From: an uncultured Chlamydiae bacterium
Lineage (GTDB): Bacteria; Chlamydiota; Chlamydiia; Chlamydiales; JAJFMB01
Length of the DNA stretch: 64,000 bases
Direction: 5' to 3'
Assembly: GCA_963696295.1 (NCBI GenBank)
Contig: CAVOJR010000001.1
Span: 1,536,001-1,600,000, forward strand
Part shown: piece by piece, positions 51,443 to 60,631 of the stretch
How positions within the stretch are numbered: position 1 is the stretch's first letter
Layout of the letters: each line of letters begins with the position of its first letter
Notes under the pieces: model-generated
Database searches by the model: none
What the model was told of the DNA's origin: nothing
The model's input: the letters and a program-made list of their open reading frames with translations, nothing else
Program-made: the position numbers and the translations under genes

Positions 51443-51898
51443 ATGGCATTGACAGAAACAATAAAGTCATTACGCTGCCTTCTTGATCAAATTCATACAG
51501 ATCTTAACAAGGCTGCGGAAAAAGGTAATAAAGCTGCTTCCCAACGCGTTCGTACAGCTACGATCCGTTTAGAAAAAGTGGCAAAACAATACCGTAAAGA
51601 ATCAGTGAAAGCTGAAAAATCACAAGTTGGCCGTAAGAAAGTGGCTAAAAAAGCTGCTCCTAAGAAAGCCGCTAAAAAAGCCGCTCCTAAGAAAGCTGCT
51701 CATAAAAAAGCCGCTCCTAAAAAAACTGCTCATAAAAAAGCTGCTACACACAAAAAAGCCACAACTCATAAAAAAGCCGCTCCTAAAAAAGCTGCTAAAC
51801 GTTCCGCTACAAAAGCAAGAACAGTGGCAAGAGCACATGCTTTATCTTTTAAAAGAACAACAAAACATGGTGCTAAAAGAGCTCGCGCTCGTTGGTAA
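51443..51898 (+). CDS. hctA: Histone H1-like protein Hc1
   Basis: MALTETIK..KAAEKGNKAASQRVRTATIRLEKVAKQYRKESVKAEK followed by KKAAP repeats; AGGAGG RBS. Confidence 0.92.
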   Translation: MALTETIKSLRCLLDQIHTDLNKAAEKGNKAASQRVRTATIRLEKVAKQYRKESVKAEKSQVGRKKVAKKAAPKKAAKKAAPKKAAHKKAAPKKTAHKKAATHKKATTHKKAAPKKAAKRSATKARTVARAHALSFKRTTKHGAKRARARW

Positions 51899-51926
51899 GC
51901 CATTGTTTGGTGGAGCATCGTTATTG

Positions 51927-51962
51927 AGGGGGTGATTTTTCTCCACCCCCTTTTCTTTTATT
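51927..51962 (+). terminator. Rho-independent terminator after hctA
   Basis: agggggtg..caccccct stem followed by a T-rich tract. Confidence 0.75.
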
Positions 51963-52014
51963 TTATCTAATTGCTTAATACTCTATAATCTTGATGGCTT
52001 AAACCGGAGTCATC

Positions 52015-53367
52015 GTGAAAAACGCTATTCAGGAAATTGAGGCGCAAATAGATACGCTTTCATCAAAGGGGAACGGCCTCGGCGCCTATCAACGCCTTGA
52101 CGGCGCAACCGCTTCTGCTCAAGTGCCTTTTACTTTGCCCGGGGAAAAAGTCAGGGCGGCGTTGATAAAAAAGCGAAGGGGAGTCGCCGAGTGCAGGCTG
52201 GTACAGATCCTGAATCCCTCGCCTGCCCGCATCGCCCCTAAATGCCAACACTTTGGAGAATGCGGCGGGTGCCGCTTTCAACATATTTCTTACGCGGCGC
52301 AGCTGGAAAACAAAGCGGCCGGGATTGCCGCCCTCTTCCCTTTTTATGGCCCTCTCATTGCGCCAATTATCGGATCCCCCTTGATCTGGGGATACCGCAA
52401 TAAAATGGAATTCTCTTTCTCAAGCGATAAAGCCGGGACCCGCTATCTGGGGCTGGTCAAAGCGTTCGGCCATCAGCGGGTGGTCGATTTGCAGGAGTGC
52501 CATCTCGTCAGTCCCTGGTTTAGCGAAGCGGTCGAAATCACCAGGAACTGGTGGAAGGAGACCGACTTGCCCGCTTTCAAGGGGCGATCGGGAGTTTTGC
52601 GCACCCTGACCGTCAGGGAGGGGCAGCAGACTGGGGATCGCCTCGTGATGCTGACTTATTCCGGGGAAATACACTCTTTGGATAAATGGGTTAACGCGCT
52701 GAAAGCTTTGGATCCCGTGAGCATTTATGTCAGGGAACAGAGGGCTGAAAAAGGGGTTGCCACGGAATTTCATCAAACTTTACTGCATGGGCCTCAACAT
52801 ATTAGAGAAATATTTCAGATAGACAATACGAATCTGGAATTTCTTATCAGCCCTACCGCTTTTTTTCAGCCCAATCCCAAACAGGCGGAAAATTTGATTT
52901 CAATCGCCCTGCAAATGGCCGCTGTCACTCCGGATCACCTGGTTTTTGATTTGTATTGCGGCACCGGGACTTTGGGGATTTGCGCAGCGAAGAAGGCCAG
53001 GCAGGTGATCGGCATTGAAGTGTGCGAAGAGGCGGTTGAGGACGCGAAAAAAAACGCAGAGCGCAATCAGCTGCAAAATTACGCCATTTATCCCGGGACC
53101 GTGAGGAGTGTTTTAGCCGGCGTGCCGCTGCCAGCTCCTGACCTTGTTTTCGTGAATCCCCCCAGGTCCGGATTAGAAAGCGAAACCATCGCGTGGCTGA
53201 TCGAAGCCAAACCCAAAAAAATTCTCTATATTTCCTGTAATCCCAAGACACAGCAGCAGGATGTGGAAAGACTCGTCGGCGGAGGGTATCAAGTTTGTGC
53301 CATCCAGCCTGTGGATCAGTTTCCCCATACGGTGCACGTCGAAAACATCATTTTATTATCCTTATGA
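52015..53367 (+). CDS. rlmD: 23S rRNA (uracil-5)-methyltransferase RlmD
   Basis: CQHFGECGGC, YRNKMEF, AFFQPN, DLYCGTG, NPPRSG, YISCNP, DQFPHTVHVE. Confidence 0.92.
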   Translation: MKNAIQEIEAQIDTLSSKGNGLGAYQRLDGATASAQVPFTLPGEKVRAALIKKRRGVAECRLVQILNPSPARIAPKCQHFGECGGCRFQHISYAAQLENKAAGIAALFPFYGPLIAPIIGSPLIWGYRNKMEFSFSSDKAGTRYLGLVKAFGHQRVVDLQECHLVSPWFSEAVEITRNWWKETDLPAFKGRSGVLRTLTVREGQQTGDRLVMLTYSGEIHSLDKWVNALKALDPVSIYVREQRAEKGVATEFHQTLLHGPQHIREIFQIDNTNLEFLISPTAFFQPNPKQAENLISIALQMAAVTPDHLVFDLYCGTGTLGICAAKKARQVIGIEVCEEAVEDAKKNAERNQLQNYAIYPGTVRSVLAGVPLPAPDLVFVNPPRSGLESETIAWLIEAKPKKILYISCNPKTQQQDVERLVGGGYQVCAIQPVDQFPHTVHVENIILLSL

Positions 53368-54464
53368 GTTTTATCCTTAAAAAAGAAAGCGCGGAATCAA
53401 GAGCGAGGCTGGGTTTGCTGCAGACGGATCACGGACTGATCGAGACGCCCGTTTTTATGCCCGTGGGAACGCGGGCCAGCGTCAAGACATTGACCAATAA
53501 AGATCTGGAAGAGATCGGCGCGCAAATTATTTTGGGCAATACCTATCATCTCAATTTGCGGCCCGGCATGGAGATCATGGAGAAGGCGGGCGGTTTGCAC
53601 CGCTTCATGAACTGGCCCCATCCGATCCTGACCGACTCCGGGGGATTCCAGGTGTTTTCCCTTTCTTCTTTGAATAAGATCACCGATGACGGGGTTTTTT
53701 TTCAGTCGCACATCGACGGCGCCCGGCATTTTATAGGCCCCGACGAGAGCATGCGCATACAGAAGATTTTAGGGTCCGACATTGTGATGGCATTCGACGA
53801 ATGCTCCCCATACCCATGCGAGAGGAACCTGGTGGAGATGGGCATGGAGCGCACCCACAGGTGGGCCAGACGGTGCCGCGAGTTTGATTTGCAGAAGCAT
53901 CAGCAGCTATTTTGCATTGTCCAGGGAGGGACCTATCCCGATTTGCGCCTGCAATCGGCGCGCGAGCTGGCTCAAATGGATTTTGAAGGGTTTGCCATAG
54001 GGGGCCTCTCAGTGGGGGAGCCGGCGGATTTAATGAATGCCATGCTGGATGTCGTGGAGCCGGAACTGCCGAAAGAAAAGCCCCGCTATTTGATGGGGGT
54101 GGGCACCCCGCGCAATATAATAGAGGCCGTGATGCGCGGGATCGATATGTTCGACTGTGTGATGCCGACGCGAAACGCGCGCAATGGAACCGCCTTCACC
54201 TGGTCCGGAAAGATCAATATTAAAGCGGGCCGTTACGCGGATGATTTTACCCCTTTAGACCCGCAGCTCGATTGCTACACCTCGCAATTTACCAAAGCGT
54301 ATCTTCGCCATTTGATCAACGTGAGTGAAATCACCGGCCTTACCCTGATTTCGCTGCAAAACGTCGCTTTTTATCTTGATTTCATGCGAAAGTTACGGCA
54401 ATCTATCAATGATGGAAAATTATTAGAATTTTACGAACATATCTGTCAGATATACCCCGTTTAG
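53364..54464 (+). CDS. tgt: tRNA-guanine transglycosylase
   Basis: TPVFMPVGT, TDSGGFQVFSL, YLMGVG, DMFDCVMPTR. Confidence 0.97.
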   Translation: MSFILKKESAESRARLGLLQTDHGLIETPVFMPVGTRASVKTLTNKDLEEIGAQIILGNTYHLNLRPGMEIMEKAGGLHRFMNWPHPILTDSGGFQVFSLSSLNKITDDGVFFQSHIDGARHFIGPDESMRIQKILGSDIVMAFDECSPYPCERNLVEMGMERTHRWARRCREFDLQKHQQLFCIVQGGTYPDLRLQSARELAQMDFEGFAIGGLSVGEPADLMNAMLDVVEPELPKEKPRYLMGVGTPRNIIEAVMRGIDMFDCVMPTRNARNGTAFTWSGKINIKAGRYADDFTPLDPQLDCYTSQFTKAYLRHLINVSEITGLTLISLQNVAFYLDFMRKLRQSINDGKLLEFYEHICQIYPV

Positions 54465-54477
54465 GAAAGGATTTAGC

Positions 54478-54855
54478 ATGAAAAAGTTGCTTTTTTTATC
54501 GTTACTCGTGTCCAACACCGCATTTGCTCAAGGAGGCGCGCCGACGCCCCCGCAAGATCAGGGGCTTTGGCAGACGCTTTCGATGATACTTATCGCGCTC
54601 GTGTTTTTTTATTTCATACTGTGGAGACCCGAGCAAAAGAGACGTAAGATCATTGAGGATCAGCGCAGCAGCATGAAGAAGGGCGACCGCGTCACGGCCA
54701 TGGGCATCGTCGGCACAGTGGTCCGCGTGCAGGATCATACCGTGATTGTGAAGATGGTCGACGGCTCGAAGATCGAATTCTTGAAAGGGGCGATAACGGA
54801 CGTGACTTCGGTCGGCGAAGAGGAAGCGGGCAAAGAGCGCATCGACGGGGAATAG
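54478..54855 (+). CDS. yajC: Preprotein translocase subunit YajC
   Basis: FFYFILWRPEQKRRK..KKGDRVTAMGIVGTV; follows tgt. Confidence 0.93.
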   Translation: MKKLLFLSLLVSNTAFAQGGAPTPPQDQGLWQTLSMILIALVFFYFILWRPEQKRRKIIEDQRSSMKKGDRVTAMGIVGTVVRVQDHTVIVKMVDGSKIEFLKGAITDVTSVGEEEAGKERIDGE

Positions 54856-54857
54856 CC

Positions 54858-56339
54858 CTATTTAGCTACCCTAAAACCTGTGTAGACGTCGGCGTGATCG
54901 GGTGGAAGCCCCAGCCGTTCCGCGACTCTCACTCCGGCGGCCAGGCTGTCATAGCAGCCGCCCTTGACCACTTTCTTCTCGCCGTTTTCAGGCCCTTGAG
55001 GATCTTTTTTCGGGGTTTCCGGCCCATAGGAAGGCGCGTACCAGTCGGACACCCACTCCCATACATTTCCGCTCATATCATACGCTCCAACCGGGCTTGC
55101 CGCATCGCGGGTGGCAATTTTCTGCCCGTCCGGGAAGGTAATCTCCTCTTTGCCGTTATAAGCGCCCACTTTTGTGGTGAGCACCTGAAAATAGGAGATT
55201 TTCCTGTCTGTGGGATGGTAATTCGCCCAGGAAGGATCTATCGTATTTTGACTAAAACCGTACAGATACTTTTTCAAAGGGGTGCCAGGAGCCATGCCGG
55301 CGGCTTTTTCCCATTCCGCTTCGGTAGGCAGACGGCAGTCGTTGTCGGCGCAATAAGCCTCCGCGCCATACCAGGTCACGTTGAAAAGGGGAAAATCTTC
55401 TTTGCCGGCTACCGGAGCAAACAGCTGCTCTTTTGGATAAAATTGAATCTGGCTGTAAACGTCAGCCATTTTTGTCTTGTAAAGCAACCGGTTCTGGTTG
55501 TCGAGCACGTTGCCGTCAGGGTGGAACAGAACCGTTTTTTTGGCGAGCGCCCTGGTGAGCCATGCGGCATATTCGGCGTTGGTGACCTCATATTTCCCGA
55601 TCGAAAAGGCGCTTAGAGTGAAGATACGGGCCGCTCTTTGATTTTCGGCCTCAGGGAGGGTGGGGTCCCCGACAATAGTCTCGCCCGGGGGAACAGGCAG
55701 GAGGTTTGTCAATACCGACTCGTCAACCGGCGTGTAAACACCCCAAAAGGGACCCGCCTGTTCATTGACATTCAATAAAATCTCCTGCGGGGCCGGGGCT
55801 ACATAACCGGGAATCGTTTCGAAGTGCAGCGTATAATTTCCCGGCAGCAGGTTTTTGACAAAAAGTTCGCTCTGCGCGCTCGCTGCGATGAGATCGCCGT
55901 TTTTTAAGGTTATTTTTGGGATAGGCACAAGGGGTTGCGGAGTAGTCATCGCCTGGAGGGAACTGTATCTCGGTTTGATTACCTGTTCGATTTCAGTGAT
56001 TTTATCTTTTGCGATGGAGATCTCTTTGGGGCCGACATATTCGAACAGATCGTCCTGGTTCGGGATGACGAAATCGAGGATATATTTTCCGGGATTCAAA
56101 TCCTTGATCACCACGATCCGCTTTAAGGAGCTTTGATCATCCACAAAGGTCCCTTTTCGAGGGTACATCTGCTGTTCCTGTTTTTCATCGATCAGCCAGA
56201 ACCGGATGCGGTCTAATCTCTCTCCTCTTTCTCCCGTTTTATAGGTGACGATCAAAGCACCCTTATCTTGACTATAAAGCGCTGAGAAAAGAAAGGATAG
56301 GAATAATAAGCAATGTAACACGGTACCCTTGTATAGCAA
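54858..56339 (-). CDS. Secreted FGE-sulfatase (SUMF1) domain protein
   Basis: KYEVTNAEY, RLPTEAEWEKAA, YDMSGNVWEW, TGFRVA; signal peptide. Confidence 0.85.
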   Translation of the reverse strand: MLYKGTVLHCLLFLSFLFSALYSQDKGALIVTYKTGERGERLDRIRFWLIDEKQEQQMYPRKGTFVDDQSSLKRIVVIKDLNPGKYILDFVIPNQDDLFEYVGPKEISIAKDKITEIEQVIKPRYSSLQAMTTPQPLVPIPKITLKNGDLIAASAQSELFVKNLLPGNYTLHFETIPGYVAPAPQEILLNVNEQAGPFWGVYTPVDESVLTNLLPVPPGETIVGDPTLPEAENQRAARIFTLSAFSIGKYEVTNAEYAAWLTRALAKKTVLFHPDGNVLDNQNRLLYKTKMADVYSQIQFYPKEQLFAPVAGKEDFPLFNVTWYGAEAYCADNDCRLPTEAEWEKAAGMAPGTPLKKYLYGFSQNTIDPSWANYHPTDRKISYFQVLTTKVGAYNGKEEITFPDGQKIATRDAASPVGAYDMSGNVWEWVSDWYAPSYGPETPKKDPQGPENGEKKVVKGGCYDSLAAGVRVAERLGLPPDHADVYTGFRVAK

Positions 56340-56506
56340 AATTTGAAACAGCTTATACCAATCTTTTATTTATTAGTCACCGACTAAATATATCCTCCGG
56401 TATCAAATAGCGAGGGCTGTCTGTCTCGCTACAGGGAAACTGGGATAGCAAGGGCGGGATAAAAAAATTGCAAACAAACCCTTAACTTGATATACCCATT
56501 CAAAAC

Positions 56507-57469
56507 ATGATTAGACTGTATTTCCTATTCTCCCTCTTGTTCAGTGCTCTAAGCGCATCAGAAAACTCGTTTTCCCATTGCGATCTCCTTTCCATCGAAG
56601 ATCTCACGAAAGAGCAGCTGGAGCTCGTCATGGCAAGAGCAAAATCGTTTGCAGCCAAAAGGGAGCCCGATCTCCTCAAAGGCTTTGTGCTCGCCGCCTG
56701 TTTTTTCGAACCTTCCACGCGCACGCGCCTCTCCTTTGAATCGGCGATGCATCGCTTAGGCGGCAGCGTGATCGGCTTTTCCGATGCCTCTACCACGTCG
56801 ACCAAGAAAGGGGAACGCTTGAGCGATATGATCCAGGGGATAGGCGGCTTTGCCGATATCATTGTCATCCGCCATCCGGAAGTCGGCTCGGCCCACTTAG
56901 CCGCCTCCTTGGTCGATGTGCCGGTCATCAACGGAGGAGACGGTTTTAACCAGCACCCGACCCAAACCTTGGTTGACCTCTACTCCATCAAGGAATGCCA
57001 GGGGGGCATTGACGGCCTCCATATCGCTATAGCCGGAGACCTGAAGTATGGCCGCACCGTTCACTCCCTTTGCCAGGCGCTCTCCCATTATGCGGTCCGC
57101 CTCTATTTTATCTCTCCCGCCTTCCTCACCTTGCCCGAGAAGATTTGTGAGCAGCTCCAAGAGCATGGCATTACCTACTCCTTTCATGAATCGCTCGAAG
57201 AGGTGATCCCCTCAGCGGACATTCTCTACATGACGCGGGTGCAGCGGGAGCGCTTTACGAGCGAGCCCCTCGAGTTTGAAAACCCCTGTCTGCTTAAGCT
57301 CGAGCATTTGGCCAAGGCCAAGGAGAATTTGCGCATCTTGCACCCCCTCCCCCGCCTTGAGGAGGTGGAAATGGGTATTGACAGCACGCCTCACGCCTAT
57401 TACTTTCAGCAAATGAGCCATGGGGTGCCCGTCAGAATGGCCATTCTCGCCCTTTTATTGGGCAAGTGA
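56507..57469 (+). CDS. pyrB: Aspartate carbamoyltransferase catalytic chain with signal-peptide-like N-terminal extension
   Basis: FFEPSTRTRLSFE, HPTQ, GDLKYGRTVHSL, TRVQRER, HPLPR. Confidence 0.93.
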   Translation: MIRLYFLFSLLFSALSASENSFSHCDLLSIEDLTKEQLELVMARAKSFAAKREPDLLKGFVLAACFFEPSTRTRLSFESAMHRLGGSVIGFSDASTTSTKKGERLSDMIQGIGGFADIIVIRHPEVGSAHLAASLVDVPVINGGDGFNQHPTQTLVDLYSIKECQGGIDGLHIAIAGDLKYGRTVHSLCQALSHYAVRLYFISPAFLTLPEKICEQLQEHGITYSFHESLEEVIPSADILYMTRVQRERFTSEPLEFENPCLLKLEHLAKAKENLRILHPLPRLEEVEMGIDSTPHAYYFQQMSHGVPVRMAILALLLGK

Positions 57470-57508
57470 GTTTCTCTCTGTAAATTTGAAACAGCTTATA
57501 CCCATCTT

Positions 57509-58645
57509 TCACCGACTAAATGCATCGAAGACCGCACCGGTATCATCGATGGCCGCAAAATCGCGGGAGCCGTCCGGCTGCAGGGTAACGCGGATAAAGT
57601 GGCGCAAAGGGGCCGTTTTGGCGAGATACCAGTGTTCTTTGGGTGTGCGCGGGTTTTTTTCGCCCCAGCCCCCGTCCCCAAGATAGAGAACGCCCCCTTC
57701 CATCGGAATGGTGCGCTTGTAGGCGTGGTCGTTATGCTCAAAGGCCGCGGTCAGGCCGTAGGCCGCAAAGAGGGGGCACCAGAAATGGCGCACCAGGGCC
57801 GACTGATGGAGGCGGTAATCGCGCACGCATGGATAGGCGGGCACGTGGTACAGGGCGAATTTGTGCAAAATATCCCTCCTTTTTTCCAGCGCGGTGCTCA
57901 ACCATTCGGTTTGCGCGCCAAAAATCCAATTGACGTGCTCGGTGTCCAGGATAAACAGCGAAAGATAATCGCTGAAGTCTAAAAGGGCGTACCCCGGCTT
58001 GCCGGGAAAGGCGAAGAGGGTGAAAAAAGAGGAAGCGTCGACATTAAAGGCGAGATGGCCGTTCACATCGTGATTGCCAATGGCCGGGATCACGGGGATG
58101 TGGCAGCCGTCGGGTGTGATCATCGTTTCCGACCAGGTGATCAGCCAGTCGATCCAGCGATCGGTTTTTTCCATTTTTTTGGACCGGAATCCGCCGGTAT
58201 AGGCGATATCGCCACCGATCAGAGCGAAGGCGGGATTGGTTTTGGCCGCCTGCTCGCACGTGGTTTTAAAGTAAGGGAGTTCGTCCGGATAGGTGTCGCC
58301 CCCGACTACAAAAGTCAGCGGCGCTTCTATGGATTTTGGCATGGTGCGAAAGCGGTGCACGGCCTTGTCGATGTAAAAAAGGTATTCGCCGGCTGGCTGA
58401 AGGGAGGTCAATTCCACCTGATGGATCAGATATTGGGGAAGGGCGGGCAGGGGAGTGCAGGCGGCCTCAGCCTCTTTCCACTTCTCTTCGCCCGCCTGCT
58501 GAAAATAGAGGCGGGTTTGCTTTTGCTCCGCCACCCATTGGATTGTCATGGTCGACTCGGGGCTTCTTTGCCACGTGAGGTAAACCGCCAGGGGCTCTTT
58601 GGCGAAAATCGCGTTGCAAAAAAGTAGAAGCCACCAAATCTTCAT
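57509..58645 (-). CDS. Secreted purple-acid-phosphatase-like metallophosphoesterase with N-terminal FN3 domain
   Basis: GGDT, GGDIAY, GNHD, YHVPAY, EHNDHAYKR; signal peptide. Confidence 0.85.
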   Translation of the reverse strand: MKIWWLLLFCNAIFAKEPLAVYLTWQRSPESTMTIQWVAEQKQTRLYFQQAGEEKWKEAEAACTPLPALPQYLIHQVELTSLQPAGEYLFYIDKAVHRFRTMPKSIEAPLTFVVGGDTYPDELPYFKTTCEQAAKTNPAFALIGGDIAYTGGFRSKKMEKTDRWIDWLITWSETMITPDGCHIPVIPAIGNHDVNGHLAFNVDASSFFTLFAFPGKPGYALLDFSDYLSLFILDTEHVNWIFGAQTEWLSTALEKRRDILHKFALYHVPAYPCVRDYRLHQSALVRHFWCPLFAAYGLTAAFEHNDHAYKRTIPMEGGVLYLGDGGWGEKNPRTPKEHWYLAKTAPLRHFIRVTLQPDGSRDFAAIDDTGAVFDAFSR

Positions 58646-60462
58646 TACTTATCTACAGCTTGCTCAGCCAGCCCTTGCAGCACGCGGTTGCTTCGCGAGA
58701 TAAACTCGTTCAGCTGATGCGGCTCGATTTCCCTCTGGGAAAGGAGCGAGAGCTCGTAAACCTGCTTCACAATATCTTTGGAAAGGTCGGGATTTTTGTG
58801 GGAGAGCTTTAAGGCCGCCGACATCAAGGGGTTATTGGTGTTAATCACAAAGGTGTGCTTTGTCATATGGGGCATGTTTTTGCTGCCCTGAGGATCCATT
58901 TGAAGGAGGTAATCGCGCATGCGGCGCTGATGCTCATCGATAATGATAAAGCCGGGGAGCGCATCGGAAGAGAGGCTGCGCGCTTCCACTTCGCAATGCT
59001 CGTTATCGAGTTTGGAGCGGATAAAATCGGCCAGATGAGCCGCTTCTGTTCTGCCGCTCTCGTCCAAAACTGTTTTCTCGCGGGATTTATCGAGCAGATG
59101 ATCGTGCAGGGCGGCATCGACCCGCTGGAAAGTGGTGCCGCTGAGCTTCCTTTCTAAAAACTGCATCACATAGAGATCGATCGGTGCATTGGCGCACAAC
59201 ACCTCAATCCCCTTTTCCTTCAGCATTTGCACGACGTCGAGCTGGTGCGTCTCGTCTCTCGTGTAGATGATGTTCTTTCCTTTGGAGCGCTCCAGATACT
59301 CTTCAACGGTGGTCCATTGTCCGTCGGTCGTTTTCCAGATAAGAATCTCTTTGACCCGTTCATAAAATTTTTCGTCCTCGAGCAGGCCCAATTTCACCAC
59401 CATCGAAACATCTTCCCAGCACTTGATGAAGCGGTCTTTGTCGCTGCGGTAGAGGGAGGCGAGGCTGTCGGAGACTTTCTTGGAAATGTGCCCCGAGAGC
59501 TGCCTGACGGTGCGGTCCATCTGCAAATAGCTGCGGGAGACGTTCAACGGGATATCGGGGCTGTCGATCACCCCTTTCAAAACGGTCAGGTAGTTGGGGA
59601 TGACGTCTTTGCAGTTGTCGGCCACAAAAACGCGGTTGCAGTAGAGATTTACCGTGTTTTTGGAGAGATCGAAATCGCGCCTGATTTTTGGGAAATAGAG
59701 GATCCCTTTGAGGTTGAAAGGGTAGTCGACATTCAGGTGCATCCAAAAGAGAGGCTCCTCATCCATCGGATAGAGCTTGTGGTAAAAGTCGATATATTCC
59801 TTATCGGTACAGGCGGAAGGGGCTTTGATCCAAAGGGGGTCGGTGTCGTTGATTCTGGTTTCACCGAGATAGATCGGGTAGGGCAGGAAAGAGCAGAACT
59901 TGGATAAGATCTCCTGGAGGCGGGCTTCATCGAGGAATTCCTCCCCTTCGCTGCCGATGTGCAGAGTGATTTCCGTGCCGCGGGTCTCTCTTGTGCCCTC
60001 TTCCAGAAGGTATTCGCTGGAGCCGTCGCAGACCCAGGAGGCCGGTTTGGCTTCCGGTTTGTAGGAGAGGGTATTGATTTCCACCTTGTCAGCCACCATG
60101 TAGGCCGAGTAGAAGCCTAAGCCGAAATGGCCGATAAACTGGTCCTTTTCCTGGGTGCCCTGATATTTGCTGATAAAGTCCTCGGCTCCCGAGAAAGCGA
60201 TCTGGGCGATATATTTGACGATCTCATCGGCGTCCATGCCGATCCCCGTATCGATGAACTTCAGCGTTTTTTGCTCTTTGTCGACTTGGATGTCGATGCG
60301 GAACTCTTCTTCTTTGGCTCCGATTTGCAGCAGCTTGACTTTATAAATGGCGTCGCAGGCGTTAGAGACCAGTTCCCGGATAAAAATGTCCTTGTCGGAG
60401 TAAAGCCATTTTTTTATAATCGGTAAAATATTTTCGCTGTGGATTTCCAATTTTCTTTTCAT
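58645..60462 (-). CDS. htpG: Hsp90 chaperone
   Basis: IFIRELVSNACDA, DTGIGM, IGHFGLGFYS, DIPLNVSR. Confidence 0.97.
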   Translation of the reverse strand: MKRKLEIHSENILPIIKKWLYSDKDIFIRELVSNACDAIYKVKLLQIGAKEEEFRIDIQVDKEQKTLKFIDTGIGMDADEIVKYIAQIAFSGAEDFISKYQGTQEKDQFIGHFGLGFYSAYMVADKVEINTLSYKPEAKPASWVCDGSSEYLLEEGTRETRGTEITLHIGSEGEEFLDEARLQEILSKFCSFLPYPIYLGETRINDTDPLWIKAPSACTDKEYIDFYHKLYPMDEEPLFWMHLNVDYPFNLKGILYFPKIRRDFDLSKNTVNLYCNRVFVADNCKDVIPNYLTVLKGVIDSPDIPLNVSRSYLQMDRTVRQLSGHISKKVSDSLASLYRSDKDRFIKCWEDVSMVVKLGLLEDEKFYERVKEILIWKTTDGQWTTVEEYLERSKGKNIIYTRDETHQLDVVQMLKEKGIEVLCANAPIDLYVMQFLERKLSGTTFQRVDAALHDHLLDKSREKTVLDESGRTEAAHLADFIRSKLDNEHCEVEARSLSSDALPGFIIIDEHQRRMRDYLLQMDPQGSKNMPHMTKHTFVINTNNPLMSAALKLSHKNPDLSKDIVKQVYELSLLSQREIEPHQLNEFISRSNRVLQGLAEQAVDK

Positions 60463-60485
60463 AAGGCTCCTTAATTTTATGTAGC

Positions 60486-60514
60486 ATTATAAGATAAGAT
60501 CCCTAACCTGTCAA
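60486..60514 (-). promoter_or_regulatory. Consensus sigma66/70 promoter for htpG
   Basis: Minus strand TTGACA-ggttagggatcttatct (17 nt)-TATAAT. Confidence 0.85.
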
Positions 60515-60572
60515 CAGCGGTTCCCGCTAATTCTGATCTTTTCCAAGGGGATTTTTTAGCGGGAGCCGCTGT
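60514..60572. repeat. 17-bp inverted repeat between divergent htpG and nqrF
   Basis: acagcggttcccgctaa-N25-ttagcgggagccgctgt, one mismatch. Confidence 0.85.
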
Positions 60573-60631
60573 CCCCATTTCCCTGAAGGGAAAATTTGAC
60601 ACCGGGTCTGTTTTCGGGTATTCTGGTTTTT

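Noticed and set aside
51640..51800. Short imperfect tandem repeats
   Set aside because: They encode the expected KKAAP/KKAAH tail of Hc1
56407..56432. Hairpin upstream of pyrB as a PyrR-type attenuator
   Set aside because: It lies upstream of the apparent promoter and lacks the PyrR-binding loop and a U-tract
60514..60572. CIRCE element for htpG
   Set aside because: Arm order, sequence and 25-nt spacing do not match CIRCE
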